Part shown: piece by piece, positions 23,640-33,885 of the stretch
How the letters are laid out: the number at the start of each line of letters is the position of its first letter
How positions within the stretch are numbered: the stretch's first letter is position 1
Assembly (NCBI GenBank): GCA_013239625.1
Contig: MU054001.1
Coordinates: forward strand, 1,181,884 to 1,245,883
DNA: 64,000 nucleotides
Source of the DNA: Lama guanicoe
Taxonomy: Eukaryota
Direction: 5' to 3'
Program-made: the position numbers and the translations under genes
Notes under the pieces: generated by a model
Told to the model about the DNA's origin: nothing
Database searches by the model: none
What the model saw: only the letters and a program-made list of their open reading frames with translations

Positions 23640-24000
23640 GGAAGAAGACTCGTCTGGGAATCCAAGATCCAGCCCTGCTACTACCCTACCCTGTGACCTT
23701 GGGCAAAACCTTGACTTTCTGACCATCGGTACCCAGATCTGTGAAATGAAGGGTTGGGTTAGACAATCCCTAAGGTTCTTCTCATCTTTAAAACATTGGG
23801 GCTGTATATATAAATATTATGGCTTCCCTCCACAGACTTTATCTTATGGGACCCTCACTATGGGGGTAGGAAATAAAGGAGTTGTCCCAGTTGGGGAGAT
23901 TAGGAAGCCGAGACCTTGTTCCAGGTCACACGGCTGCTAAGTCACACAGCTGGGACCGAAACTTAGGTCATTTGCTAGTCCAGCCTTTTTCTGACTAAGC
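23640..24000. mobile_element. Two MIR/MIR3 fragments in opposite orientation
   Basis: ctgtgaccttgggcaa...atctgtgaaatgaagggttgg (+), then gaccttgttccaggtcacacggctgctaagt..agctggga (-). Confidence 0.65.
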
Positions 24001-24503
24001 TGTATTTCCCCTAGTGGCAGAACTGGAAGTACCACCAGTCACTGTTACTCTGATTCAAAACCTCTCTGCAGGCGAGTTCTAACCCCTCTGAGCGAACACA
24101 TGTGGATCACAGACCCCACAGGGCACTCACTCGTCTACTCTAGCCCAAGAATCCATGGGTTCTCTCAGCTGCCACTGCATTTCAAGATGAGAGATGATAA
24201 ACGGTTCCATGTGCCCAGGGATGTTCCAGGATAGGAGCAAAACTGTATTTCGGTGTGGCCCTTCAGGAGAAGGGCAGGAAGTCCATGCAACCGTGGCATC
24301 AAGACCGCAGTGCTAACAAGGCCCCTGAAATCCAAAGATGTCAGAAACATCCTCGTCTTAACTCTAAAGTTAATCTGCATTTTGTCCCCCTAGGAACTGA
24401 ATGACACTGTTTCTGCGACTAACGTTGAGGAATTAAAATTGCTTTTACCCACATAAATGTCTCTGCTACTGGGTTCAGTGGTCATGAAGGATGACAACTC
24501 GAT

Positions 24504-24638
24504 AAACTATAGTGGAAAAGAATTTTTTAAAAGAATACAGATATATACATATACATATGTATAACCGAATCACTTTGCTGTACATCTGAAACTAACACAA
24601 TATTGTAAATCAACTATACGTCAATGAAAAAAAAAAAA
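24504..24638 (+). mobile_element. 5'-truncated artiodactyl-type L1 3' tip with poly(A)
   Basis: atatgtataaccgaatcactttgctgtacatctgaaactaacacaatattgtaaatcaactatacgtcaatg-polyA; degenerate 17-bp TSD aaggatgacaactcgat (24487-24503) / aagaatgacaattcaat (24637-24653). Confidence 0.85.
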
Positions 24639-24728
24639 GAATGACAATTCAATGCAGCTTACTAGGTGCCTGCCTACTGAGCTACTGATAAAGCCAGGAT
24701 TTGGGCAGAAAGGGTTCAGTTATTGCTC

Positions 24729-24759
24729 TGTGTGTGTTTGTGTGTGTGTGTGTGTGTGT
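24729..24759. repeat. Interrupted (TG)n microsatellite
   Basis: tgtgtgtgtttgtgtgtgtgtgtgtgtgtgt. Confidence 0.9.
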
Positions 24760-25720
24760 ATTCATTTGTTTGTTCATTCATTCATTCAACAAATATTTAC
24801 TAGGTACGAGGATCCAGAGATACGGTGGTGAACTAGACAAAGTTCTAGGTTTCAGGAAGTTCTATTCTGGTGGAGGCAGACAGACAATAACCATGTGTAT
24901 TAGTTATAAATTGCATTTAGCTCCCAGCAAGAGAGACTAGAAATTCACAGTGGCTGACGAAGATGGAAGTTTATTTTTCTTTCACATTAAAGAAGTCTGA
25001 GGAGGTCACATGACAGCAATCTACCGGCACCCAGGACCCGGGTGGCTCCATCAAGTTTTTGGCTCTGCCACTCTGAGCTGATGGCTGCCATCCTTGAGGT
25101 CACCTTATGGTCCAGGTGGTCTCGCCACTGTATCTGGAGTCCCAGGCAGGAGCAGAAGAAAGGAGAGAGGGGGTAAGGTACACCCTCACCTCCTCTTTCT
25201 AGGGAAGACAGCCAACCAACCTCTATCTCACTGACCAGAACTCAGTCCCTGGGCTAGAAAGCATAGGTTTTTAACTGAATGTGCTACCCTCTTCTTTCCT
25301 CCATCAAAACTATGATTCTACACGCAGGGAAAGGGAAAGACTGGGAACGGGAGGAGAAACTAATATTCTCTGCCACACAATGTAAGCAAGCAGATATTAA
25401 GATAATTTCTGCTAGAGATAAATGCTCTGAAGTAAATCAAACAGGAAAGGGACAGGAGAGTGAATGGAGGGGCATGGGGAAGGGCTCTGGCTGGCGTGGT
25501 CACGATGGGCATCCAGCTGGGGGAAGAGGATTTTAGGTGTCAATGAGTCAGGCAGTCAAGGGGCCGCAAGGAGGCCACTGTGCTGAAGGAGGGTGACGAA
25601 GAGCGGGAGATGGGGTCAGGAAGGGCCAGGGTCTTGGAAGCCACCATACAGGCTGATTTTATTCTAAGCGAGATGGGAAAGCCCTGGAGAGTTTAAGCAG
25701 AGGAGTGATCAGACCTAGTC
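24760..25720 (-). mobile_element. L2 3' region, split by an MLT1 LTR
   Basis: ttcattcattcattcaacaaatatttact (L2 tail) ... resumes after 25382 with ataatttctgctagagataaatgctctgaag...gatgggaaagccctggagagtttaagcagaggagtga. Confidence 0.75.
24896..25377 (-). mobile_element. MLT1 (MaLR) solo LTR, MLT1J-like
   Basis: TG...CA termini (tgtattagtta...tctgccaca); 5-bp TSD ccatg/caatg; acagtggct..aagatggaagtttatttttctttcacat. Confidence 0.75.
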
Positions 25721-28279
25721 CCACACTTGGCAGAAAACCTATTCCTCCTTTAGGAACTTGGTCGCTTCATAAGAGTAAACTTCTATGCTCAACCTACACC
25801 CAGTGTTCAGCCGATGAAGCCAAATACCCTCCTTAGGATGCTTCCCTGGCCTGATGGGCTCTCCCCATGCCGGCTGAGAGGGAGGGCGGGCGATGAACCT
25901 GACCGTCCCACCAGCTTTGACGCTCGGTTCCCTTTTGTGCTAGAAGAGAAAAGAAGAAATACCACCAAAGCCCCCCCGCCCTGATTCCTGAGTTCACCTG
26001 ATGTGTATCTTCAGAACGCAGCTCACATCCAATTGATGCTGCTCTTTTCCATCTGGGGGCCGAGGAGGAAGGGTAATCCTAGATGCTGAGGCCACAGGAG
26101 GCCGAGCAGTCCCCCAGTCAGCGCGGGGCTTGCTTCCACAAATGACTGGATGTCTAAGGAGGTTTTAAAAAATTGCACTTCAATCGAAAGCGGACCAAAT
26201 TCTGAAGTCCTCCAACTGAAGTTTCTGCTGGGCTGCCGGCGACGCCACCCGTAGACAAAAACCCATCAGCGCCTTTAAGAGGAAGGGATGAGTTGCCCAG
26301 AGACTGCCTTAGGGCTGCATGTGGCTTCCAAACCACAGGTTAACTGGGTGGGTTGATTCATTAATCATCACAGCCGCGATGTTCCCACCTAAACATCTCA
26401 GAGGACAGAGCAGGCAGAGAGGCTGGCCATTATCTATTTATCACTTAAACTGTCTTGTACGCCTTCATCTTCCACCGGCTGGTGCAAAGTCTCCCACTTC
26501 AGAGCTTTGAAAGCTTGGGTCTGTAGTTCCTTTCCTGTCTGGGGCGAGTGCATTCTGCCAGCACCAGTGTCTGCATGGGGTGACCTTGGGAAGGACACTG
26601 AAGCAGCGTTTTCTCATCTGTGAAGGCAAGACAGCCACAGAGCCCCGGAGTCACGTCTGGTAAACACTCAGGCGTGGACCAGTACCAGCCCCCTCGTCTC
26701 AAAGCCCCCGGCTCCGGGAAGAAGGCTTTTTCCACCGGGGAAAATGAGTGAGGCCATGTCCTTGCCTCGTGCCAGTGAGAGATGGGGGAGGAGGCGGGCG
26801 TGGAAGACAAGAGTGTCTCTTTGCAGGAAAGACAACCTGAAGCCCTCACTGCTGATCCTGGGGGCTTTCTCATTTGCTAAAATTCAGGAGGTCACCAGGA
26901 ATCAAAAGACGACTTGGCTTGTGCAGAATGTCATTATGGAGGAGGTTGGGAACCAGAGGCCTGTTACTAGTCACCTTTCCGGCTCCTGCAAACAGGCTGA
27001 TTCATGGAGAAGTGCGGCTCCTCACTGAGCATTACTGGAGTGGGGTCAGCTGGGAATGGGCCAGGGCTCGGCGGTGACTCAGGCTGTCACAGCCAGGACT
27101 TGATTAGCGGCTGTCACCTCCTGCCCCCATGGCCGGCCTGCCAGGGAGCTGGGCTCCTCAGCCGACTGCTAAGTCGGAATTTACACTTTTTGGAAGAACG
27201 CTCCTGCAGTCAAGGCCACCTGGGAGTTGGCCCAGACTAAGTGACTGAGGGGCCATTAGGCTTCTTTCCGCAGCACGAGCTGATAGGTTAGCTCGAGTGA
27301 GATGGGGAGGAAACTTGCTGTTCTTCATTTAAATTCAGTCTTTCTAGCTGGAGACTGACTCGCACAGGTCCTAGTGCCCAAAGGCACCCACCAGTTAAGT
27401 GCCAGGGCCAGGGTCACAGGTGGAAGGGCCATCGCCAAGTGGCCTGCCCATGTGGTGTGCGTGGAGAGATACCAGGACCGCCTTCTCTCTGCCAACAGTT
27501 CTTGCTCTGGCCTCAAACTGATGCCAAGAAAGTGTACCACTCATTCATTCTTTTTTTTTTTTTTCAAGTGTATGAGGAAAAAGGGGGAAAAGTATCTTCA
27601 AACGCAATTGCTTCTAAGGAGGAGAATATTTTAAGTCACCTCTTGGCTAGATCGTGCTGATTCCCGACGTGAGCAGCACAGGAATTCAGCCTTTCCTGGG
27701 GTGAGGGGGTGGTCCTCTGGGGCCCAATTTTACCTTCTCTACAGTTTCACCCAGGGTTGACCACATGAACAGCCTTCTGGGAGAGATTCGTTCAGGAGGC
27801 TGGCAAATACAGACTAGAAGCAATTTAATTGGTTCCAAGTTAATGTCCTTTTCCACTTGGTCTCCTGTAAGCACCTGGGAGTTATGGCCACTAACTTAAA
27901 ATGATTTATAAAGTTCTTTCCCAGGAGAAAGGGCTTTGGACAGGCAGCCAGTGAGACTGTGAATTATGCCTCCACAGTGGGTACAGAAGGATGAAGGAAC
28001 AGGTTCAGCTGTAAAGAGTCTGAAGTTCTCTCCTAAAAGGGAGGGAAGTCTCCTTTTTCAGCAAGGTAATTTTTGACAGTCACGGCGAGCTCTCCTAGAC
28101 TGCAAATTTGACTGAACCTCTGTTCTTAGGAGCTAATCTCAGCTCCTTCCCTCCTTCTAGTTTTAAGGTGATGTTAACAGACATGCTCGACACATTTGTG
28201 GCAGAATTAGGAGACGAGAATTCGGGTCTCAGGAGCCTTAGTTCCCAGTGTGTTTCCTTGCTTTTTCTTTTTTAATGTT

Positions 28280-28450
28280 ATTATTGACGGTCAACATTTT
28301 ATGAGGGTCTACTTTGTGCTGGACAGCATTCTAAGTGCTTTCTCCAGGTAATCCTAATAACCCGATGAGGTTACAGATGGGAATACCGAGGCACTAAGTG
28401 GTTATGTGATTTGCCCAGGGTCACAGAGGTTGGGAGGAGGGTGAGGAATG
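28280..28450 (-). mobile_element. MIR SINE
   Basis: cattctaagtgcttt...acagatgggaataccgaggcactaagtggttatgtgatttgcccagggtcacag. Confidence 0.75.
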
Positions 28451-28459
28451 GGAAAACAC

Positions 28460-28650
28460 CCATTGTTTTAATTGGGTTGTTTGTCTCTTGGTTATTGCAT
28501 TTTAGGAGTTCTTTCCATATTCTGGATATTAAACCTTTATCAGATACGTGATTTGCAATATTTTTTCCTGTTCTGTAGGCTGTCTTTTCATGTTCTTGAC
28601 AAAGTGCTTTGATGCACAAGAGTTTTTAATTTTTGATGAATTTATCTATT
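28460..28650 (-). mobile_element. L1 ORF2 C-terminal remnant
   Basis: Translation IANHVSDKGLISRIWKELLKCNNQETNNPIK matches the L1 ORF2p motif IFANHISDKGLISRIYKEL..NNKKTNNPIK. Confidence 0.88.
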
Positions 28651-29754
28651 TTTTCCTTAGGTTCTACAAACTTTTGGCAGAATCTCTCAACTCCCCCTTT
28701 CATGAAATAAGGATAAGAGTGCCCAATATAGAATGAGAGACTCAGCCAGTAGACCTGAAACGGAACTGCAGGAACACGAGATACCCAATGCTTATGAAGG
28801 ACTCTGGAAGGACCTTCTCCATCTGTGTGCCGTTCTTAAGCCACTTGTTGGTTTTCACCAAAGCAAAGTGTTAACCCAACTTTGAGTTATTCCCTAAACC
28901 TAACAGTAATTAATGTGAACTATTTTAAAGGCAATTGAGAATCTTCCCACTCACTCAGATGGGAAGTTTCCACTCTGCACTTCTACAAATGCATCACCAT
29001 CTACCACCTGACTGTTTCTGCCTTACTTCTTCCACTGAACCAGAGGGAACCGGTCGGCATCTCAGCACCCACCCGATTCCAGTCCAGGAGAATGACAGTA
29101 TCTGAGATCCCTGGTAAAAATTTTCATGGGCCTTACCCCTCCAACCTTCTGGCAAAAATTTTTGGTCCTTTAAAAGAATTTCCTGCCATCTTCTATTGGA
29201 TTTGTTAAGAGACTGAGGAACGGTTATTAAGACTATGCAAGTATGCATATCCTAATTGGTAAGTCGTCTTTTATGTACTTGGTGACACCTCTTTATAGCA
29301 TGAGGCTTGGCAAACAAGGCAAATCTAGAACCTAGTAGTACCATGTGGGAGACTCTCCCAGTACGCAGCTGCAGCTGCAGCTCAGAGGACATAGTCTGAC
29401 CTTCGGTATAACTCCATCTGTGTAACCAGAAGCTCACCATAATGACGGTCTCTTCGCATAACAAGCTTTACTTGGGCATTTTTGACAGCTGATTATCATT
29501 GCTTCCCCTATTGAAAACATTTAATTCACTGCCAATTGGAATGTCTATTTATTTGTGGGGCACTTACAATACCAAATGTCTCTTAATTGTTTTTGTCCTT
29601 ACCATCAGAAAGGAACTGTATCTTGGCTGAAAACATTAGTAAAACTATTTTGAGCAATCAGATCAGTATAAATATTCTCAAAACTGTATTTGCAAAAGCC
29701 GGCATGCTGTTAAAATAATTATATGGTCAATCTCGGTTCCGAACAGATAATGGT

Positions 29755-30170
29755 GTTTTGCAGAATTGCTTATAATTTGAAAAATGAGAAACAACCTAAA
29801 TGTCCATCACTGTGGGAGTAATGCTAAACGATGGTATATCCAACCTATGAACGTTTTGGCAACAATTAAACAGAATAGAACAGATTTATATTATATATTC
29901 TAACACGCGAAGATTTCCAAACCTAAGATGTATTGTTAGTACCAAAGCAAGCTGGGTATTGACTTGTAGAGCCAATGGTTATTTGTAGTAATCACTTACG
30001 TACAACAAAGAAAGCACATTTGTCTGTGGTACATCTGTATGTCTATACATGCCTGGAAAAATATTTGGAGGGCAAGAAGGTCTGAGATTGGCGGTAGTAG
30101 TCAAAGAGCACTTTACTTTTTTTTAAATAAAGTATATGTATTTGTGTATTCCTTGTGCAATTTAAAACAG
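29755..30170 (+). mobile_element. Old L1 (L1ME-like) 3' fragment
   Basis: gaaacaacctaaatgtccatca...aaacgatggtatatcca...tatgtatttgtgtattccttgtgcaatt. Confidence 0.65.
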
Positions 30171-31129
30171 ATCAAGATGCTAACTGATGGTGAAGAAAAC
30201 AAAATACCTTAGAGCTGGGGATACAAAGCAGCTGGTAAAGAATATGACTACCTTCAGTTCTAACTTCCTTTCTACCAGTCAGAATTCTGGGAACTCAGCA
30301 AGAAGTAAATGCTTGGCTTAGTCAATATCGGAATTTGAAGTCAACCAGGTAACACAATTCCTTTGCATCTTAAGGGAGAATTTACCTACAACATTCTTAA
30401 TTGTTGCAGTAAAGGTTGGGTCAGCTGAGGATCGGCTAGAGAAAGGGAACCCTGTGGACAATCTTGTCTTCCCCAAACTTCTGCCATCCCACTGAAACCG
30501 AGGCCTTGCCAGGGAGAGAGTAAAAATAAAGGACCGGTGGCTGTACTCACTGTGAACACCTACGCTTTATAAAACTTCTTTCATCTACATGTCTCTTAAG
30601 AAAACTGTCAAAGCAACCAAGACGCAGAGTGGAAACAGATGTTTTTCTACCAAAAGTGCTCTCTGGCGTGGTTTCAGATATTCGTGTTTGTTTTCTAAGT
30701 TACTGCACCACCTAACTTTTCCTGTCCACCATTACAGCGCTGGCGTGTTCCTCGGGCCCCTGTGGGGACACACGCCCAGACAGGGCCTGGTCCCGGCAGC
30801 TGAGGTGTCCGGCCAGCCCTGCCCACAGAGGAAGACCTGGGGCTCCCAGTCTGAGTCCAGCCTCAGAGCATCCCCAGACCACGGTCCAAGAGCGCGCGCT
30901 CCTCAGGCCAAGAGACGGCGACAGTATTTTACTCTCGGGCTGATTTTGGTTTTCCCTTTGCGGGGCAGAGCAGCCCACTCGAACTCCTCTGGGATGTGAA
31001 GGGTCTCGGGAACACACACTCTCCCCCTTCGGGTCACGACCCCTCCCTAGAGTCTGTGCTTTTAGGCACCTTAGTTGCTAGAGGCATTTAACTTTAATTC
31101 TGTTTGACTTCAATTGTGTCCAAATTACT

Positions 31130-32030
31130 GTAAAAAGGAAGAAGACAACAAGCTGTAAATATGAAGAGAGACAGAAAATCATTGAGAATCCTGCCTTTAT
31201 GAATATTTGATGAAGAAAGGTTAGATCCATAGCTGGTAAATTATAAGAAATTATGTCCATCATGTGACTCTGTCAGCAGAGGTTAATACAAATGGGTTGG
31301 GACTTAGTCGGGATGACAACGCAGATTAAAAAAGATTTGTCCTGTCCTCGCTGCAATTAGTGTTTCTCCTATTATTAGTGTAATAGAGTTGATCATTAGG
31401 ATTATGGCAACAGAACAAGTGCTCAGTGAAATCATTTTGTTTTTTGCAGACCGGCACTGCATTTTCACAATACATTTTTCATCTCTGCTAATCTTGCCCT
31501 TAATTGTGTGGTTGCTGTGGGCAGATCCAATGATGAACTCTTTTGATCCTACGGTGCCCTTGCCACCAAGTCCGCCGATGACATGCAGACCGAACAGGCA
31601 ATCCCACGTTTTTCTGCAGCTGGATATGGGCTCTCGCGGTTCATTTAGGGCAAGCAGAAAAATGGTTATTTTTTGCTCAAATAACAGCTCCAGTCAAGTG
31701 TGAAATTGTATATAATTGTGTTATAGGATTTTGCCCAGGTTAAAGGGCTTCTTGGGGCTTCCATTATGAACCTCATTTCTCAGGTATTTATGATTCGTTT
31801 TCCACTTTTAAAAAATCTGAATTAGGCTTAGCGTGCTCTGCTCGGAGGCCTTATTTTTGTTGTTGTTATTATTATTATTTTGCAAAGGGGATTAAAGGCA
31901 TTGTCCTGCACTCTTTGTAGCAAGGCGGGGAATGTAATTGATGTCAAGGCCGGTAAGCTGGGAGGTAGAACAAACAGCACCGCAGACCCCAGCAGCTGCA
32001 GGCGTAATTTATCCAAGTGGTGGCTTGGAT
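31130..32030. promoter_or_regulatory. Candidate conserved developmental enhancer
   Basis: About 900 bp repeat-free with many homeodomain cores; GGATTA at 31399-31404 and 31889-31894. Confidence 0.45.
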
Positions 32031-32533
32031 TTCCAAGGGTACCTGTACGCCCTTTCAAACAGGGTTGAAGAGCTTGGAGACAGAAGCCACAGGGAGGGTG
32101 GGGGGGGTGTCAATGAATCACAACTGCAGAAAGACAAATCAGAGAGTATGGACGTTTCTAGCTCTTCCAGACCAGGCGCTACACAAACGATTCACAAACA
32201 AACTTCAGCAACGTGGCTAGCTTATTTACCGTCACTCTGCTCCTTATAGAAAAAGCCTTTACCTGGGGTCACCCTTTCTTTTGATCCGACACACTGGGTA
32301 TGGTACACATCTCATCAAGTTACTGTGGACTTCTTTTTAAACGAGGGATATGGCCGAAGGAATGTTTAAAGATTGGTACAGGATGAGGAGAAAGGCAAGT
32401 ATGATTTTTGCCACAGAGGGCGTGCCAAGGAGGGGAAGATGCAGAGGATGAAGTGCACTCTCAACAGAGAAGGAAACGAAAAAATAAAAATTTAAACCCC
32501 TAGTAATAAACGCTAATAAATCAAGAGATCCTA

Positions 32534-32601
32534 ACAAGATTACACTGTATAGCACAGGGAAATATACACAAAATGTTATGATAAATCACAGAGAAAAAAA
32601 A
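32534..32601 (+). mobile_element. 68-bp young L1 3'-UTR-derived insertion with perfect 16-bp TSD
   Basis: TSD aaatcaagagatccta at 32518-32533 and 32602-32617. The insert acaagattacactgtatagcacagggaaatatacaca... is homologous to the L1 3' UTR at about 3046-3110. Confidence 0.88.
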
Positions 32602-33754
32602 AAATCAAGAGATCCTAGAGGCCCAATGCAGAAGGCAAAAGTGTTTTCCCAAATCTAAAGTAAAGCTAGAAAATAGGGGTAACTAGGGAAAAATTGTCCC
32701 GGCAAGGGTTAAGTGTGACAGCCAAAAGAATAATCGGAACTGTCATGCCTGTGGCGAGCTCACAGCGGAAGCAGTGTCTAAGCAAGGTCCACTGAGAGCT
32801 CCCCCTAAGCGCAGCGCACGCTCTGCCCACGCTCACAGTCCTCCAAAAGTAGGAAATTTAACACATCAGGGAGCTTGCCGGATTATCAGATCAACTAATC
32901 AATAGCATTGACAATATTTCTGCCTAAAAGCATGGGGGAGCAGTAAGTAAGGCACCAAGGCGGACAGCATCTTTGCCGATACATTACCTTGGACCTTTGA
33001 CTTCTGCCTAGGGCCCCAGGGGCACAGGACTTTCCTTCCCAAGACCTGGGATTTTCTGCCTAAGTGACTTTGACCTGCTTGAGTTGAGTCAATTGCATCC
33101 TTCATCAGGAACTGGTACTGGGGGCGTATGCATATGGCACAGACCCAGTCTCCCAGGCATCTGAAGCAGCGGGTCGGGTCGTGCCACCCCCCGCTCTCCG
33201 CAGCCCTCCCTCCCAGCCTCTGCGAATCTCAGCCGCGTGTGCGTCACATCGCTGGACTCGGTGGAATACAAATGGCTTCTCCGTGTAACTGGACGGCTCC
33301 TGAGACTTGAGCCACCTGAAGTTCTCTTCCCTCTGTGTGACCCACACCTGGCGGCTCTGTGGCCCCTCTCAACTCGCTGAATTTAATGCTCCAGAAAGTC
33401 ACCAGATTTCATCACTGAGGATGCAGCTAACTCAGAGAGACAAAGAAAATACACTCTTCATGTCTCCACATCTCTAAAAGAGCATCCGGGGCGAGGCAGA
33501 ACCCAACTCCCTGGAGCCAACTCCACGTCTGGTGAACACACCAGACACGCTCTGCGGGGTCTGACCATCTCCCCAAACTGCTGCTTCTGCTGTAACCAGG
33601 TGGAGGCCAGTCCCCATATATCTGGGTGAACCCCAACTCGAGAACCACATTTGTAGCTGGTAAAGACTAGAACAGGACAGTTGAGGGAAGGGGACTTCAC
33701 GTTGAAGTACCTGCTGTGGACTAGTTAATTTAATTTTCTTAACTCTACATAGTC

Positions 33755-33885
33755 ATTCAAAGTTTATGGATGAGGAAACTGAGGACTGAGAGAGAGACTA
33801 AAAAATTGGTCCAAGGACACTGAGCTGGTCTAATAAAAGACTGGGATTCAAATCCAGGCCTGCCAGGCTCCAGAACACTGCCCCA
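33755..33885 (-). mobile_element. MIR SINE
   Basis: ttatggatgaggaaactgagg...ccaaggacactgagct...ctgggattcaaatccaggcctg. Confidence 0.75.
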
